Assembly (NCBI GenBank): GCA_951406725.2
Contig: OX597816.1
Location: 176,886,001 to 176,950,000 of the forward strand
Reading direction: 5' to 3'
Origin: Octopus vulgaris
Lineage: Eukaryota
Length of the DNA: 64,000 bases
Shown here: piece after piece, positions 1 to 12,173 of the stretch
Layout: the number at the start of each line of letters is the position of its first letter
Numbering within the stretch: position 1 is the first letter of the stretch
Notes under the pieces: model-generated
What the model was told of the DNA's origin: nothing
Database searches by the model: none
What the model saw: the letters and a program-made list of their open reading frames with translations, nothing else
Position numbers and translations under genes: made by a program

Positions 1-806
1 CAAATTTGGTATGTGCCTAATTAAAACTGTCAGCATGGTGTTACAGTGCAAGACTATACTCTGTACAATGAACTGAGTTCGATACTTTGGAACCTCAGTT
101 GGTGTATTCAGTATTCTTAAGTATAGCAGTGGTGTCTGAATTACATAAAGCAGGAAGGATCACACATGAAGGCCTGCACTAAAAAAACTGCATGGATATA
201 TAAATTATATAAATTTTAAAAAAAACCATTGAACATTATTTACACTGGGCACAGAAAAAAGTTTATATTTTATGGTGAACTGGCTTTTGCAAGCAAGAAC
301 ACTTCAAGCTCTGCTTTCTAACCTAAAGTAAAACATTTGTGTCTTTGGTATTAATCAAGAGAGTAGAAAACTGTTGCGATAGCTTTCTGGAGCAATCTGG
401 TAGAAGCTGTATATATTTGAAGAAAAAACCCAAAAAACAACTGTGGGACAGGGCACATCATGAGTGTTATGTCTCTTTGTCTGCTCCCTCTTCATGGCCA
501 GATGGCTGGACCAATGATTATGATATTTTTGGGGATTACAAAGACGGTTGTCAGGAAGGATTTTATCATTAAAAAATCAGAAATTATGATTATTTTCTGG
601 ATATCGACTTTTGAATAGATAAATCACCATTGCATTTTTATTAACCGAGGACGGTTAATAGCAAAAACATAATGGAAAAAGTGTGTGTCAGTATATAGTA
701 TGTGTGGTTATTTAGTGGTTATTGAAGTGTATCAGTCTTGAGCAGGATTCAAAACAGCTAATTGAAATGGCTGTTCAGTTCTATATTTAAGAGATGAGGA
801 ATTATG

Positions 807-1084
807 TACATTATTTACATTCGACGGATATTTGTCCTCATCTTGTTTGTTGTTAACACAATGTTTCAGCTGATATACCCTCCAGCCTTCTTCGGGTGTC
901 TTGGGGAAATTTCAAACCTGGGTTCTCATTCCTAAGGTATTTTCGATGTTATTATTATTGTTGTTGTTGTTGTTGTTGTTATTGTTCAGGTCACTGCTTG
1001 GAATCAAACTCGGAATCTTGGGGTTTAGTAGCTCGCGCTCTTAACCCCAAGATTCCGAGTTTGATTCCAAGCAGTGACCTGAAC

Positions 1085-1133
<49 letters not shown>

Positions 1134-1274
1134 TCGAAAAATACCTTAGGAATGAGAACCCAGGTCTGAAATTTCCCCAAGACACCTGATGAAGGCTGGA
1201 GGGTATATCAGCCGAAACGTTGTGTTAACAACAAACAAGATGAGGACAAATGTCTGTCGGATGTAAATAATGTA
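807..1274. mobile_element. Fold-back (inverted) pair of a tRNA-headed, Penelope-related short element
   Basis: Arms ~807-1025 and ~1043-1274 are reverse complements. A partial tRNA-like head (GGTTAAGAGCGCGAGC...GAGTTTGATTCC) lies on - at ~988-1046, followed by a triplet microsatellite and a hammerhead motif. Confidence 0.75.
1181..1226 (+). ncRNA. Minimal type I hammerhead ribozyme motif
   Basis: Stem I GACAC/GUGUU; CUGAUGA(A); stem II GGCUG/CAGCC; GAAA; palindromic AACGUU mini-stem III with a GUU cleavage triplet. Confidence 0.7.
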
Positions 1275-1389
1275 AATAAGGAAGTGGATGTTGTTTACAT
1301 CTCTGTTTTGTCAATCAAAATAATCCATGGTCCCAGAACATCCAGACATTATTCGCATTGAACAGTGAGAGGTGAGTCTTAGTTTGATT

Positions 1390-1602
1390 TTTTGCAACCC
1401 TATCGATTCTGCTTGCACATTCACAGCAAACAAGCCACAGGGCCAAACTTTAGATCATGTAGATATATTTTTACCCACTCCAATGTTTACACAAGGCCAG
1501 CTATATGTTGCTATGAGTAGAGCAACGGACTCCAGTAATTTGAAAATTAGTGTCGACCAAGTAGAAAATATCGTCTACAAAGAAGTTTTGTTATCATATT
1601 GA
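1390..1602 (+). mobile_element. Helitron RepHel C-terminal PIF1-like helicase fragment
   Basis: TANKPQGQTLDHVDIFLPTPMFTQGQLYVAMSRA...NIVYKEVL* resembles the Helitron TINKSQGQTL/FSHGQLYVALSR/NIVYKEVL C-terminus. Confidence 0.85.
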
Positions 1603-2785
1603 TATTATCAAAAGGAATAGGATTCGTAATTTAAATAAGGAAATTTGTGAACTTTGAATGTATAATAGTATAAACAAGTGTTTAATAGTGTAAGCAACTA
1701 AAATAAAAGTATATCTAAATAATGTTTTTTCTCAATACTTTTTATGTAGTGGTCGAAGGAAGCTCTGGCTTTTGTTAGGAGCTGTCCACATAACTATTCA
1801 TGATACAGAGGCTGGGAGCCTATTTCAGTTTGGGAGTGAATTGTCATCACATGTTGCTAAGTCGCAAACACATATCATATAGCTGCAATAGAATGCTACA
1901 TCACCAACAGTAATGTGATTTCTCTAAGACATCACCCAGTAATCTATCCAAGTCCATTTACACATTTCTCAATACATAACGCTGTTGTGACTTCCCTCCT
2001 TCATTTTATGCTCCCATCATAGATGGGTAGATTTGCTAGTGGTAATAATTTAGGAAGAGGAGTTAAGTGCCTGATACTTGACAAATGCAAAAGGTGGAGG
2101 CCTCCAGTATGTTAAAATGTAATAAAAATTGTGAGTTGCATCATGCATGTGGAAGACATTAACTTTATCAGCTATCTGATTTCTATTGAAGCATTCATAA
2201 CATGCAATTCTATCTAAAAGAAGTCTTGCTCTTGTAGAAATACCACTGGTGCCAGCCATAGACATGAAAGTATCATTCAGATTTTTGAAAGATAAAACTA
2301 ACATCAGTATACCTTTCTACAGGATATCTTCCTCCAAAATTTTTGCAGCAGTGAAATTTATTGCAGCCTTTTGCTTTTGTATCTTTATTATAAATTCACA
2401 TTCATATACACTGCCTGAGGCTTTGCTGCAAACTATTTGCTGGATAAATTAAAATACCTGCTGTTTCCTAAAAGAAAAGAACAATGATTGGCTAATTCTA
2501 TAGAATGCAAGTTAATTAGTGAAATAAGGAAAATTTGTATGACATTATGAGAACAGATGTATGAAAACATCATCATTCAATGTCTATCTTCCATGCTGGC
2601 ATTGGTTTGATGTCTGTTTTGACATGGATTTCTATGGCTGGATGCCCTTCCTAATGCCAGCTGCTTTGAAGAATGTATTGGATACCAAACAAGGCAAACA
2701 TAATAAATATACATCAACACAAATTATTGCTGCAGTCTACACTCCAGAAGAGCCTTCTAAAGGAAATTGGCAAATAATTAATTAA

Positions 2786-3006
2786 CCCTTGAACATTTAA
2801 ACTGACCATGTCTGGACCATATGTTCTACATGTTTTATGTTCAAACCAGCCGTATTTAGTCACTCACACCTACCCTACAATGTCATTCTAAAAATATTCA
2901 GTCACATCATTTAGATCTTGGAGCTTCAAGATGAGGTATTGATTAATTCAAATTAATTTGAATAAATAAGCATTACCTTTGACAGAGTAATCTGAATACT
3001 AAAGGG
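2786..3006. mobile_element. piggyBac-like MITE (family 1)
   Basis: TTAA|CCCTT...AAGGG|TTAA; related copies at ~12301-12504, ~53050-53143 and ~54385. Confidence 0.65.
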
Positions 3007-3146
3007 TTAAGGAAATTGGCAAATAATTGTTAACAGTCCTCAACACACATACTCATACTCATTCATTTATTTATAAATTAACTTTGCTTTTAACATAAAT
3101 TTGTCTGTAATAACCAAGGGATAATATTAAATATTTTTATTTCCAG

Positions 3147-3291
3147 AACGGCCTTTACTGATTTATAATTGCAAGTTTGACATTAGGCAATGGTTTTTAA
3201 TCACAGATTGGAATCCACTTACTGTGTGGTTTTACAAAGACTGTTATCTGCGGTTTTGTTCACAACAGTTTACTCTTAATGACTTTAATGC
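3147..3291 (+). CDS. TTLL3: Tubulin monoglycylase TTLL3/TTLL8-like, internal exon (TTL domain)
   Basis: ttccag| acceptor and |gtgagt donor; translates (E)[48 protein letters not shown], the KFDxRQWFLxTDWNPLTxWFY signature of TTLL3/8. Upstream exons probably lie before the window. Confidence 0.93.
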
Positions 3292-3364
3292 GTGAGTTTC
3301 TTATTGTTTTATGTTCTCAGTTCTTTTCTATTCTATTCAGCCATCCATCTTCTCTGCCCACTGT

Positions 3365-3746
3365 GGAAGCACTCCGTCGGTTACGACGACGAGGGTTCCA
3401 GTTGATCCGAATCAACGGAACAGCCTGCTCGTGAAATTAACGTGTAAGTGGCTGAGCACTCCACAGACACGTGTACCCTTAATGTAGTTCTCGGGGATAT
3501 TCAGCGTGACACAGAGAGTGACAAGGCCGGCCCTTTGAAATACAGGTACAACAGAAACAGGAAGTAAGAGTGAAAGAAAGTTGTAGTGAAAGAGTACAGC
3601 AGGGATCACCACCATCCCCTGCCGGAGCCTCGTGGAGTTTTAGGTGTTTTCGCTCAATAAACACTCACAACGCCCGGTCTGGGAATTGAAACCACGATCC
3701 TACGACCGCAAGTCCGCTGCCCTAACCACTGGGCCATTGTGCCTCC
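3365..3746 (-). mobile_element. tRNA-derived SINE family B
   Basis: tRNA-like head with A/B boxes on -; flanked by direct repeat TCTCTGCCCACT (3351-3362 and 3748-3759); four more close copies in the window. Confidence 0.9.
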
Positions 3747-4035
3747 GTCTCTGCCCACTATGCCTAGAAGGATTGTGAGGGGAGACTCCTCAGGCACCTC
3801 CTGTATCGGATCCTGTCAGAAGCAGTTGTCATTATGCTTTCTGGTTGGCTTCCCAAATGTGACCAACTGGGAATATAGAAATTATCCAACCATCTCATTC
3901 TTGTTAATGGCTTTTAGAGACACCATATTTTGTTATGCAACCATAATATACTACAAAGTATGTTAAATGCTTTATAAGTCAATATTGTGTCCTACTGTGT
4001 TATCAGTGCTATTACATGATTTTTTTTTTAAGTTT

Positions 4036-4403
4036 ATCTCTGCAGATTTTCTATAGAAGTTATAGCCAACACTGATTTGTTATGATGTTTCTTATCTGAA
4101 TATGCCTAATGTAAACAACAATGTGGTTGAAGCTGGAAAAACAGAATATGCATATTTCCAGAGTTCTTGCTCCTTCATTAGCACCAATAATGTTACATTG
4201 CTATATTTAGTGGCTATTTAGAGTTCATGGATGGTTAATGGGTTGGATATGGTGCTAAAAAAGGAACAAGAACTCTTGAAATATGGCATGCACACCCATT
4301 ACCCATTTTTCCATCTTTGTTGTTTACATTAGACATATTCAGATATGAAACATCATAACAAATTACTGTTGGCTATAATTTCTATAAGAAAATCTATAGA
4401 GAT
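4036..4403. mobile_element. Old MITE with long imperfect terminal inverted repeats
   Basis: ~85-bp arms (AGATTTTCTATAGAAGTTATAGCCAACA...TAATGTAAACAACAA and reverse complement) plus a second inner arm pair. Confidence 0.7.
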
Positions 4404-4439
4404 GACCTTATCAAGTGATCTCATTCTTAGTCTACCCTT

Positions 4440-5340
4440 AGATGTTCTGTCAATTGGCACAACTAAAAGCATTTGCCTTGTCTTGCAATTCTATCTTACA
4501 ACCTTCTACTCACATGTCCTTAGTACTCGACTCTCATGCAGTGAAGTAGAAGCTTGACCTGAAGAGACTCCTGATCTCTGAGCTATGCATTCTATTGAAT
4601 AACATTACTCCAGGAATCCTTTGGAGGAACCCCATTTCAGCCACTTTATTCATGATCATTCTCTTTCAGTTGTTATCCAGCATTCATAATCATAGGATAG
4701 CCATGCAAACTGAATTGAGGACAGAAAGTTTGGCTTTTTTATTAATCTCTCCTCTTCTGAGAATCAAATTCTGGAGCTGATGCATTACGGTACCAGCACC
4801 TACAATTCTAACATCCATTTCTGCCTCCTGTTTCTTATCATATGGCCCCAAGTTACTTAAATTTTTCAACCTGTCTCAATGATGTTCAACTAACATGCAA
4901 AGTGTATTGGGAAGACTTTTTTGAGAGGACCAATGTTGCAGTATTCACAAGACTAATTCACATCCTTGCTTAGCAGCAAAGCCATACAGTGCCTGTGGAG
5001 ATCACCTTCGGATGAACCAAATACAGTGCTACAGTAGCATGTCATTTGTGAATATGAGCCAACTGATCCTACACCCACTGATTGTGGTACCATTTCCACA
5101 ACAGCTGTGCATGTCAATTTTAATTTCATCAAAATTACAAAAAAGGACAGGTGACAGTAAGCACCCCTGCCAAAGTCCAATCACCCAGTTAAAAAGCTTT
5201 CACTTAGCACCATTTACTCAAGTATAAACATCTTGGCATTTGTATAGCGACTTTTCAGCAACCAGAAGTTGCCCATTAATTCCAGACTCCTGAGAAACTC
5301 TCCACTGTATGTCCCATTGCACATGGTCATATGCTTTTTT
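4440..5340 (-). mobile_element. Decayed RTE-like LINE reverse transcriptase fragment
   Basis: Frameshifted GLxQGCLLSPVLF-like and FTDD-like remnants on -. Confidence 0.5.
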
Positions 5341-5555
5341 GAGAGAAGTGTTTATCTTTAGGCACTATTCCCCTATCTTTTGAAGATCTGCCATGTTTGC
5401 GGATCTAATACAAATACCAGTTTGGTGCCGTGTGGGAATAAGACTGTAAGACCACAAGCTGCAAGATAGAAACGGTTTGTTGCTGTAGCAGTCTGAATGA
5501 TCAGAGACCAGCACATGTAATTCATTCTTATCACATGATACATTCTTGTTTAGAC

Positions 5556-6189
5556 CAGTAGTTCCTCAACCATTGTTTCCCTGTGGACCCCTATTTTACT
5601 TAACTGGACACCATAGCAAATTGATGTTTAAAAGAAGTTCTATCATATTTTTATAATAAAACTAGCAGTATCGCCCGGCGTTGCTCGGGTTTGTAAGGGA
5701 AATAACTATATAAGTATTTTTAGAGAGTTATAGCCAAAAAATAGCAAAAAAATGCATAAAAATGGAAAAAAAATTATGATAAATTTTTTTTTTAAATCGT
5801 TGACTCATCGTAAACATTTTTAGAGAGTTACTTCCCTTATATAATAGCGAAAAAATGCATTAAAATGGAAAAAGATGATGGTAAATTTTTTTTAAAATCG
5901 TAGACTCATCGTAGACGCGTGCTAATACCCAGAAGGGCTCGATATGAATCACGACTATAAAATACCCGGTATTGGTTAAACTGCACTGCAAAATGTGGGA
6001 GTAGTTAGGAATCTAAATCGTAGGAGACAGACAGACAACTTCACTTTTATATATAAAGATATCATTAGGAATTGTATGAAAGGTTTTGTGTATTGCAGAA
6101 GTATAACCAATTTTATGGCACATAAATGTAAACAACAAAATCATATCTGGACCTCCAAGGGTCATATGGACCCAGGTTGAGAAGCACTG
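5556..6189. mobile_element. hAT (Charlie-like) non-autonomous element containing a nested Helitron
   Basis: TIRs CAGTAGTTCCTCAACC / GGTTGAGAAGCACTG; 8-bp TSD GTTTAGAC at 5548-5555 and 6190-6197. Confidence 0.85.
5662..6059 (-). mobile_element. Non-autonomous Helitron
   Basis: On -: A|TC 5' end, subterminal hairpin CCCGAGCAACGCCGGG, CTAG|T 3' end, no TSD; second copy at 52561-52940. Confidence 0.88.
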
Positions 6190-7234
6190 GTTTAGACCAT
6201 TTGTTCATCATCATCATTTAATGTCCACTTTCCATGCTGGCATGGGTTGAAAGTTTGACCGGAGCTGGTTAGGCAGATGACTGCACCATACTTTGCTGTC
6301 TGTTTTGGCATGGCTTTTATGACTGGATGCCCTTCCTAACACCAACCACTCCATAGAGTGGACTGAGTACGTTTTACATGGCACCAATACAAGCAAGGTC
6401 AGTTTTGGCATGGTTTTTTACAGTCGGATGCCCTTCCAAACGCCAACCAATTTACAGTGTGGACTGGATGCTCTTTAAGTGGCACCAGCACTGGCAGGTT
6501 CACCACGTTACTTGCAAGACAAAGATCCTTTGAGAGGGTGTGTGGCATTGGGGGTGATTTTAGGCCAGATGATGAAAGGTTAGAGTATGACAGAGAGACA
6601 GAAACAGGTGTCTTGATGTAGAGGAAATATGTGGTTACCCAGTCAGAGAGAAGAAGGAAGAGAGAGAGAGAGAGTGATCAAGATTGAGGCCAGTAATGGG
6701 TGTGTTGCTGTAGAGAAGATACTTGGTTATGTTTCTATAAACAACCATTTTCTCATTTCTCTGGTCTTCAGCAAATCATACCTGTTTTGTTTTTCATTGC
6801 ATTAACTCTTAAATTTTCAATGTCTTCATCAATGTATAAATATAAAATGACTTATGGAATTCTTCTGTCTAGTTAGAAGTTTTGTCTGACCTTATTTAAT
6901 ATTTATTTACTGTTGAAAGTTACTTGAATGAAAATGCTTTAGTGACTTTTTTTAAATTCTGGGGTTAATTTCAGCTTGATATATTTACTACTTTACATAT
7001 TACAAACTTTTGATTTCTGTCTTACTTTGTGATATTTTATGAGTGTATATCTTAGTTTTAGAAAAAATGTATTGTATTGTACTGTGTTACACGAGGTGCC
7101 AGAAGGGTTGGCAATAGGAAGGGCTTCTGAAGTAAAAATGCTGTCTTCACAATTAGACCTGTTCAACCAATGCTAGCAGAGAAAGATGGCTAGGAAATGA
7201 TGATATACTTGATTATATATATATATTATATATA

Positions 7235-7652
7235 GGCGCAGGAGTGGCTGTGTGGTAAGTAGCTTGCTAACCAAACACATGGTTCCGGGTTCAGTCCCAC
7301 TGCGTGGCATCTTGGGCAAGTGTCTTCTGCTATAGCCCCGGGCCGACCAATGCCTTGTGAGTGGATTTGGTAGACGGAAACTGAAAGAAGCCCATCGTAT
7401 ATATGTATATATATATATATAAGTGTGTGTGTATATGTTTGTGTGTCTGTGTTTGCCCCCCTAGCATTGCTTGACAACCGATGCTGGTGTGTATACGTCC
7501 CTGTCACTTAGCGGTTCGGCAATAGAGACCGATAGAATAAGTACTGGGCTTACAAAGAATAAGTCCCGGGGTCGATTTGCTCGACTAAAGGCGGTGCTCC
7601 AGCATGGCCGCAGTCAAATGACTGAAACAAGTAAAAGAGTAAAGAGAAAAGA
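7235..7652 (+). mobile_element. tRNA-derived SINE family A
   Basis: Head GGCGCAGGAGTGGCTGTGTGGTAAGTAGCTTGC...GGTTCAGTCCC (A/B boxes), internal (TA)n(TG)n, tail GACTGAAACAAGTAAAAGAGTAAA; at least 12 copies in the window. Confidence 0.9.
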
Positions 7653-7667
7653 GTATATATATATATA

Positions 7668-7956
7668 TCCGTTCGTGGCCGTTGCCAGCCTCGCCTGGCC
7701 CCCGTGCCGGTGGCACGTAAAAAGCACCATCCGTTCGTGGCCGTTTGCCAGACTCGTCTGGCACCTGTGCTGGTGGCACATAAAAAGCCCCCACTACACT
7801 CATGGAGTGGTTGGCGTTAGGAAGGGCATCCAGCTGTAGAAACACTGCCAGATCTGACTGGCCTGGTGCAGCCTTCTGGCTTCCCAGACCCCAGTTGAAC
7901 CATCCAGCCCATGCTAGCATGGAAGGCGGACGTTAAACGATGATGATGATGATGAT
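7668..7956 (+). mobile_element. RTE-LINE 3'-UTR-derived repeat (family C)
   Basis: Tandem GCCGGTGGCACGTAAAAAGCACC units, GGAAGGGCATCCAGC, (GAT)n tail; same as the 3' end of 50520-51775. Confidence 0.75.
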
Positions 7957-8008
7957 ATATCTATATATATATCTGTAAAATAATATGTGACAATTATTCA
8001 ATAGCCAA

Positions 8009-8069
8009 GATAAAACTCTGAGTTTCAGATGCCGAGGTGGAAATCCACACCACCATCTCTTCGGTTATC
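8009..8069 (-). ncRNA. Degenerate hammerhead-like motif (Penelope-type)
   Basis: On -: stem I GAUAA/UUAUC, CCGAAGA, long imperfect stem II, GAAA-CUCAGAG-UU. The core is non-canonical. Confidence 0.45.
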
Positions 8070-8791
8070 TGACCATCTGAAAAACGCTATGAAAAAAGAC
8101 CGTTATACAAAGGGAAATTACTGTGTTATAATTTCGCTACTTATATAAATTAAGGTTAAAAGTTCATAGTAAACACGTAAGCATGCCTACTCATATGCTC
8201 ACATGTGCGCTTGCGCACCCACGTGCATACGTATACGTCACTATCAAAACATACACATCTTCACTCGCAATTTCGCCAAATGTATACACATATATATATA
8301 TACAAACTTATACACACACGCGCGTACCGTAAAGGTTCATACATACGTCTACATACGCACAAGCACAAGAAAAAACATGGTTAAAGGTAACAATACAGAA
8401 AAAAGCATAAGGAAGTATACAAAGCGTAAAACCACGTTCATATACGGACATGCCCTTATGCACACATACACACACACGCCCATATGTACATACCCACACA
8501 TGTTTATATACGCATACGCACACGCATACACAAAAAAAGGGATTATACATATGCCCAAAAAATCCGAAAAAACTGTAAAAATACTAAGTAAAAACGTCTA
8601 TATATATATATATATGTATTCTTATGCCCGCACACACGCACACATCTATATACATACATACCCACCCACTCATACATATTCACACACGCGTACAAATGAA
8701 TCTATATACATGTCTACAAAGCAATGTTTTGAACTTAAGATACTTTTGTATAATAGCAATGATATATGTATCTGTATGTATGTGTGTGTGC

Positions 8792-8845
<54 letters not shown>

Positions 8846-9117
8846 GAAAGAATGGAGTTGAACGACGATTTAACAAAATTCCTTTATTCTCGACATATGT
8901 TTCGAAGACTGCATATTCCTAATTTCGAAGGAATATTAAAAAAAAAAACACAAATTTCCACACGAAAGCACGTGATCTCTGCCCTTGGCATGTAGCTTCA
9001 ACCGTGTTTTTCTGACGTGAAATTGCTACCCGGGTATCGGTTAACCGAATTATCCATACTAGGATAATTCATTCAACTACTTATATATATATATATTTAT
9101 ATATATACATACATATA

Positions 9118-10397
9118 CAAAGTGCAGTGAATAAATTATTGTCTAAGTTACACAAAAATGAAAATAATACTGGGATCTCATTTTAACATATATTTACCAA
9201 AATTACATTAAAATATCTTGAAATACTAAAGAGTAAATCTATTCAATAAAATCGCCATTGGCTTCAACCACAGCTTCCACACGACTTTGGAATCTTCTGC
9301 AATTCTTCTGGACGTTCTCCTTTTTTAAGTTGGTGAATGCTGCCATAATCCTTGCCTTCAGTTCATTTTTGGTGTTGCAAGGAATTTTGTTGGTCTCTTG
9401 CTCAACTGCGCCTCATACATAATAAGCGGGATGCAATCTGGGGAGTTAGATGGCCAGAGGTCAGGGGTGGTGTGGTTGCAGAAATTGCCTGACAGCTATG
9501 ACTGAGTTCTCCTGCTTGTGTGGCATGATGCAGAGTCCCGTTGCCAGATGTAGGGTCTTTTAGCGGCCACCCTGTTGACCCAGGGCAGCACTACCTCCTC
9601 GAGCACTTGATGTAGGCCTCTGTTAAGTCTGAAGCCGTGTGGGAAGATGACTGGAGGCATAACATCACCATCACTAGTGATCACACCAAACAACATGATG
9701 TTGACTGAATGTTTGATTTTTATCACTCCCGGTACATGTTTTGGGGACACAATAAGTGAACGGTTGTTCTGTGTGTTCACCATATGGTCCTGGCAAAATT
9801 TTTATTTTCTGAGAAAAATCAAAGCATGTTCGGCTGGAGGGGATGCTCGAGTTTGTTCAAAAGCTTCATGGTGCGATCTTTCCTCTTGTCCTTGATGGCT
9901 TGGGATAAAAATTGGCCCTTACTCATCTTGTATGAAGTATACTGACTGTTTTTATGCATTACCTCAGACACTCCCATGTCTCTGACGATGGACCTGATTG
10001 ACTTGGAGGGATCATTGTCAATTATGGCCTGGATCTTACCAACAAATTCAAGAGTTCTTTTCTTATCAGAACAATCAGAGTGAGGGTTTCGAGCTGCCGT
10101 TCCTTAGTAATCCCCATTAGACTCATCCAACTCTTTCCGAATCCTCTGCATTGTCCTCAGATTGACACCCAAACACTCTGAAATATTTGTATTGGAGCTT
10201 CTGGTGCGAATGCCAAGCAGTACAGCATGTTGTTTCCAAATTTCTGACAGAGTGAATTGTGTCATGATGCTGTTTTTCTCACAGACAGTGCCCAACTGAC
10301 CCTACCATACTGTATAATCGACAAAATCAAAAACAAACGATGCACATGCGCGAAATTAAAAATATAAAATGGCAACAATTTACCCATTGCACACTAT
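9118..10397 (-). mobile_element. Decayed Tc1/mariner-superfamily transposon
   Basis: Broken transposase frames (HTH N-terminus, IFSxxKNF, WQRDSASCHTS, WPSNSPDC); imperfect TIRs at both ends. Confidence 0.85.
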
Positions 10398-11239
10398 TCT
10401 TTTACTTGTTCCAGTCATTTGACTGTGGCCATGCTGGAGCACCACCTTTAGTCAAACAAATCGACCACAGGACTTATTCTTCATAACCCTAGTACTTATT
10501 CTGTTGGTCTCATTTTTGCTGGGGCACCGCCTTGAATTTTTGAAAATAAGTAGTGGGGTCGAATGAATCAATCCCAGTACTTTTTTTTTGCCAAACTGCT
10601 AAGTTACAGGCACGTACCAGTTTTTGAGCTTTGGATATCTCAACCAGTCTTATTCAATAAGGAAAAAGTGAGTATAAAAATTGCACACACACATATATCA
10701 TCATCTTCGTTTAATGTCCGCTTTCCATGCTGGCTTGGGTTGGATGGGTTGACTGAAGATTGGCAAGCCAGGAGGCTACACCAAGCTCATATCAATATGT
10801 AATTATAAGATGCAAGGATCTAAATGTAGGAAGATTGTAAGTTTCAAGCAGCCTGTGGTAGGTATAAAAGACAATATTCAAGGCCAATAATAATTCATTG
10901 GTGTCAAAGGCTGTAGTCTTTTCCCATATCAAAGTCCAATAAGCTGAAATTTTTTTTTTATAGCTCATGGTTAGCAACTTGATGTTAATAAAAATCCAAA
11001 CTGAGAGAGTGGAGCTGGTAAAATTTAGGCTACATATTTTTCCTAGATAGCAAATCCTCTGATGTAATAATTACTCTATGAGGGGTAGTTGTAGCTAGCT
11101 ACTCATCAGGTTGGAGTAACCTTAATTATATGAAGGTTACATTGTCGTTAAGGAATCCCAAGCTAACTTGCTGAAGATCTAATTTGAAATGACTGAGCAG
11201 AAACAGGTTGGTTGCTGTAGAGGAGATGCATGGTTAACC

Positions 11240-11243
<4 letters not shown>

Positions 11244-11293
<50 letters not shown>
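11244..11293. repeat. (GA)n microsatellite
   Basis: Seen directly; another (GA)n at ~62227-62274 and (TA)n tracts at ~8799, 32581, 33727, 45140 and 45408. Confidence 0.97.
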
Positions 11294-11296
<3 letters not shown>

Positions 11297-11449
11297 GAGA
11301 ATGAGAGTGCAAGAGAGAGCAGGAAAGAGATGGTTGTGAAGTGACAGAGCATACTCACAAGGAACAGGGATCAGAATATAAATGGGAGAGTAGGGTAGAG
11401 CAAGGGAGGGGTGGATGGTGGCAAAGTGTCAGGGCTTACCCTCAAGGTG

Positions 11450-11833
11450 GGAAGCACTCCGTCGGTTACGACGACGAGGGTTCCGGTTGATCCGAATCAA
11501 CGGAACAGCCTGCTCGTGAAATTAACGTGTAAGTGACTGAGCACTCCACAGACACGTGTACCCTTAACGTAGTTCTCGGGGATATTCAGCGTGACACAGA
11601 GAGTGACAAGGCCGTCCCTTTGAAATACAGGTACAACAGAAACAAGAAGTAAGAGTGAGAGAAAGTTGTGGTGAAAGAGTACAGCAGGGATCACCACCAT
11701 CCCCTGCCAGAGCCTCGTGAAGCTTTAGGTGTTTTCGCTCAATAAACACTCACAACGCCTGGTCTGGGAATCGAAACCGCGATCCTATGACCACGAGTCC
11801 ACTGCCCTAACCACTGGGCCATTGCGCCTCCAC
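11450..11833 (-). mobile_element. SINE family B
   Basis: Full copy with TSD ACCCTCAAGGT. Confidence 0.9.
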
Positions 11834-12059
11834 ACCCTCAAGGTACAGGGTCAGAAAATAAATGGTAGGGTATTGTCAAAGGTGCATGAGTAGGGAGTAG
11901 AGACATCACATGAACGCAAAGAGTGTGGGGGGTGGGGAAGGCAGGTATATATGTAAAGGACCTTCTTGAAGTTAGTTTGAATAATAATCATTTTCAGGTT
12001 TCTAGTTATTACTTTTGTTGTTTTAACATGTTATTTAATTTTTGATGACATGTGTTTAG

Positions 12060-12173
12060 GTCAATTCATCTGTGTAACAATGTGATACAAAGAAATTATA
12101 AAAACGGTCCCCGAGCTAAAGAACTACCTGAAAATAACATGTGGACTCATCATCAATTTAAAAATTATCTCAG
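12060..12173 (+). CDS. TTLL3: TTLL3/8-like internal exon
   Basis: tttag| ... |gtaatt; phase 2 join to the previous exon (gc+g = Ala); SIHLCNNVIQRNYKNGPRAKELPENNMWTHHQFKNYLR contains the glycylase HLCNN and LPxxNMW motifs. Confidence 0.93.

Noticed and set aside
896-1189. Poly-Cys/poly-Asn and poly-Leu ORFs with mirrored ends
   Set aside because: They are artefacts of the inverted repeat and triplet microsatellites.
3412-3664. Recurrent 61-67 aa ORFs (MVVIPAVLFH..., MFIERKHLK...) found five times
   Set aside because: They are frames within SINE family B copies, not a gene family. The same applies to the MSSNARGTNTD ORFs in SINE-A.
11755-11833. tRNA-like sequence with A and B boxes
   Set aside because: It is a SINE head: it continues into the SINE body, is bounded by TSDs and has no proper acceptor stem or terminator.
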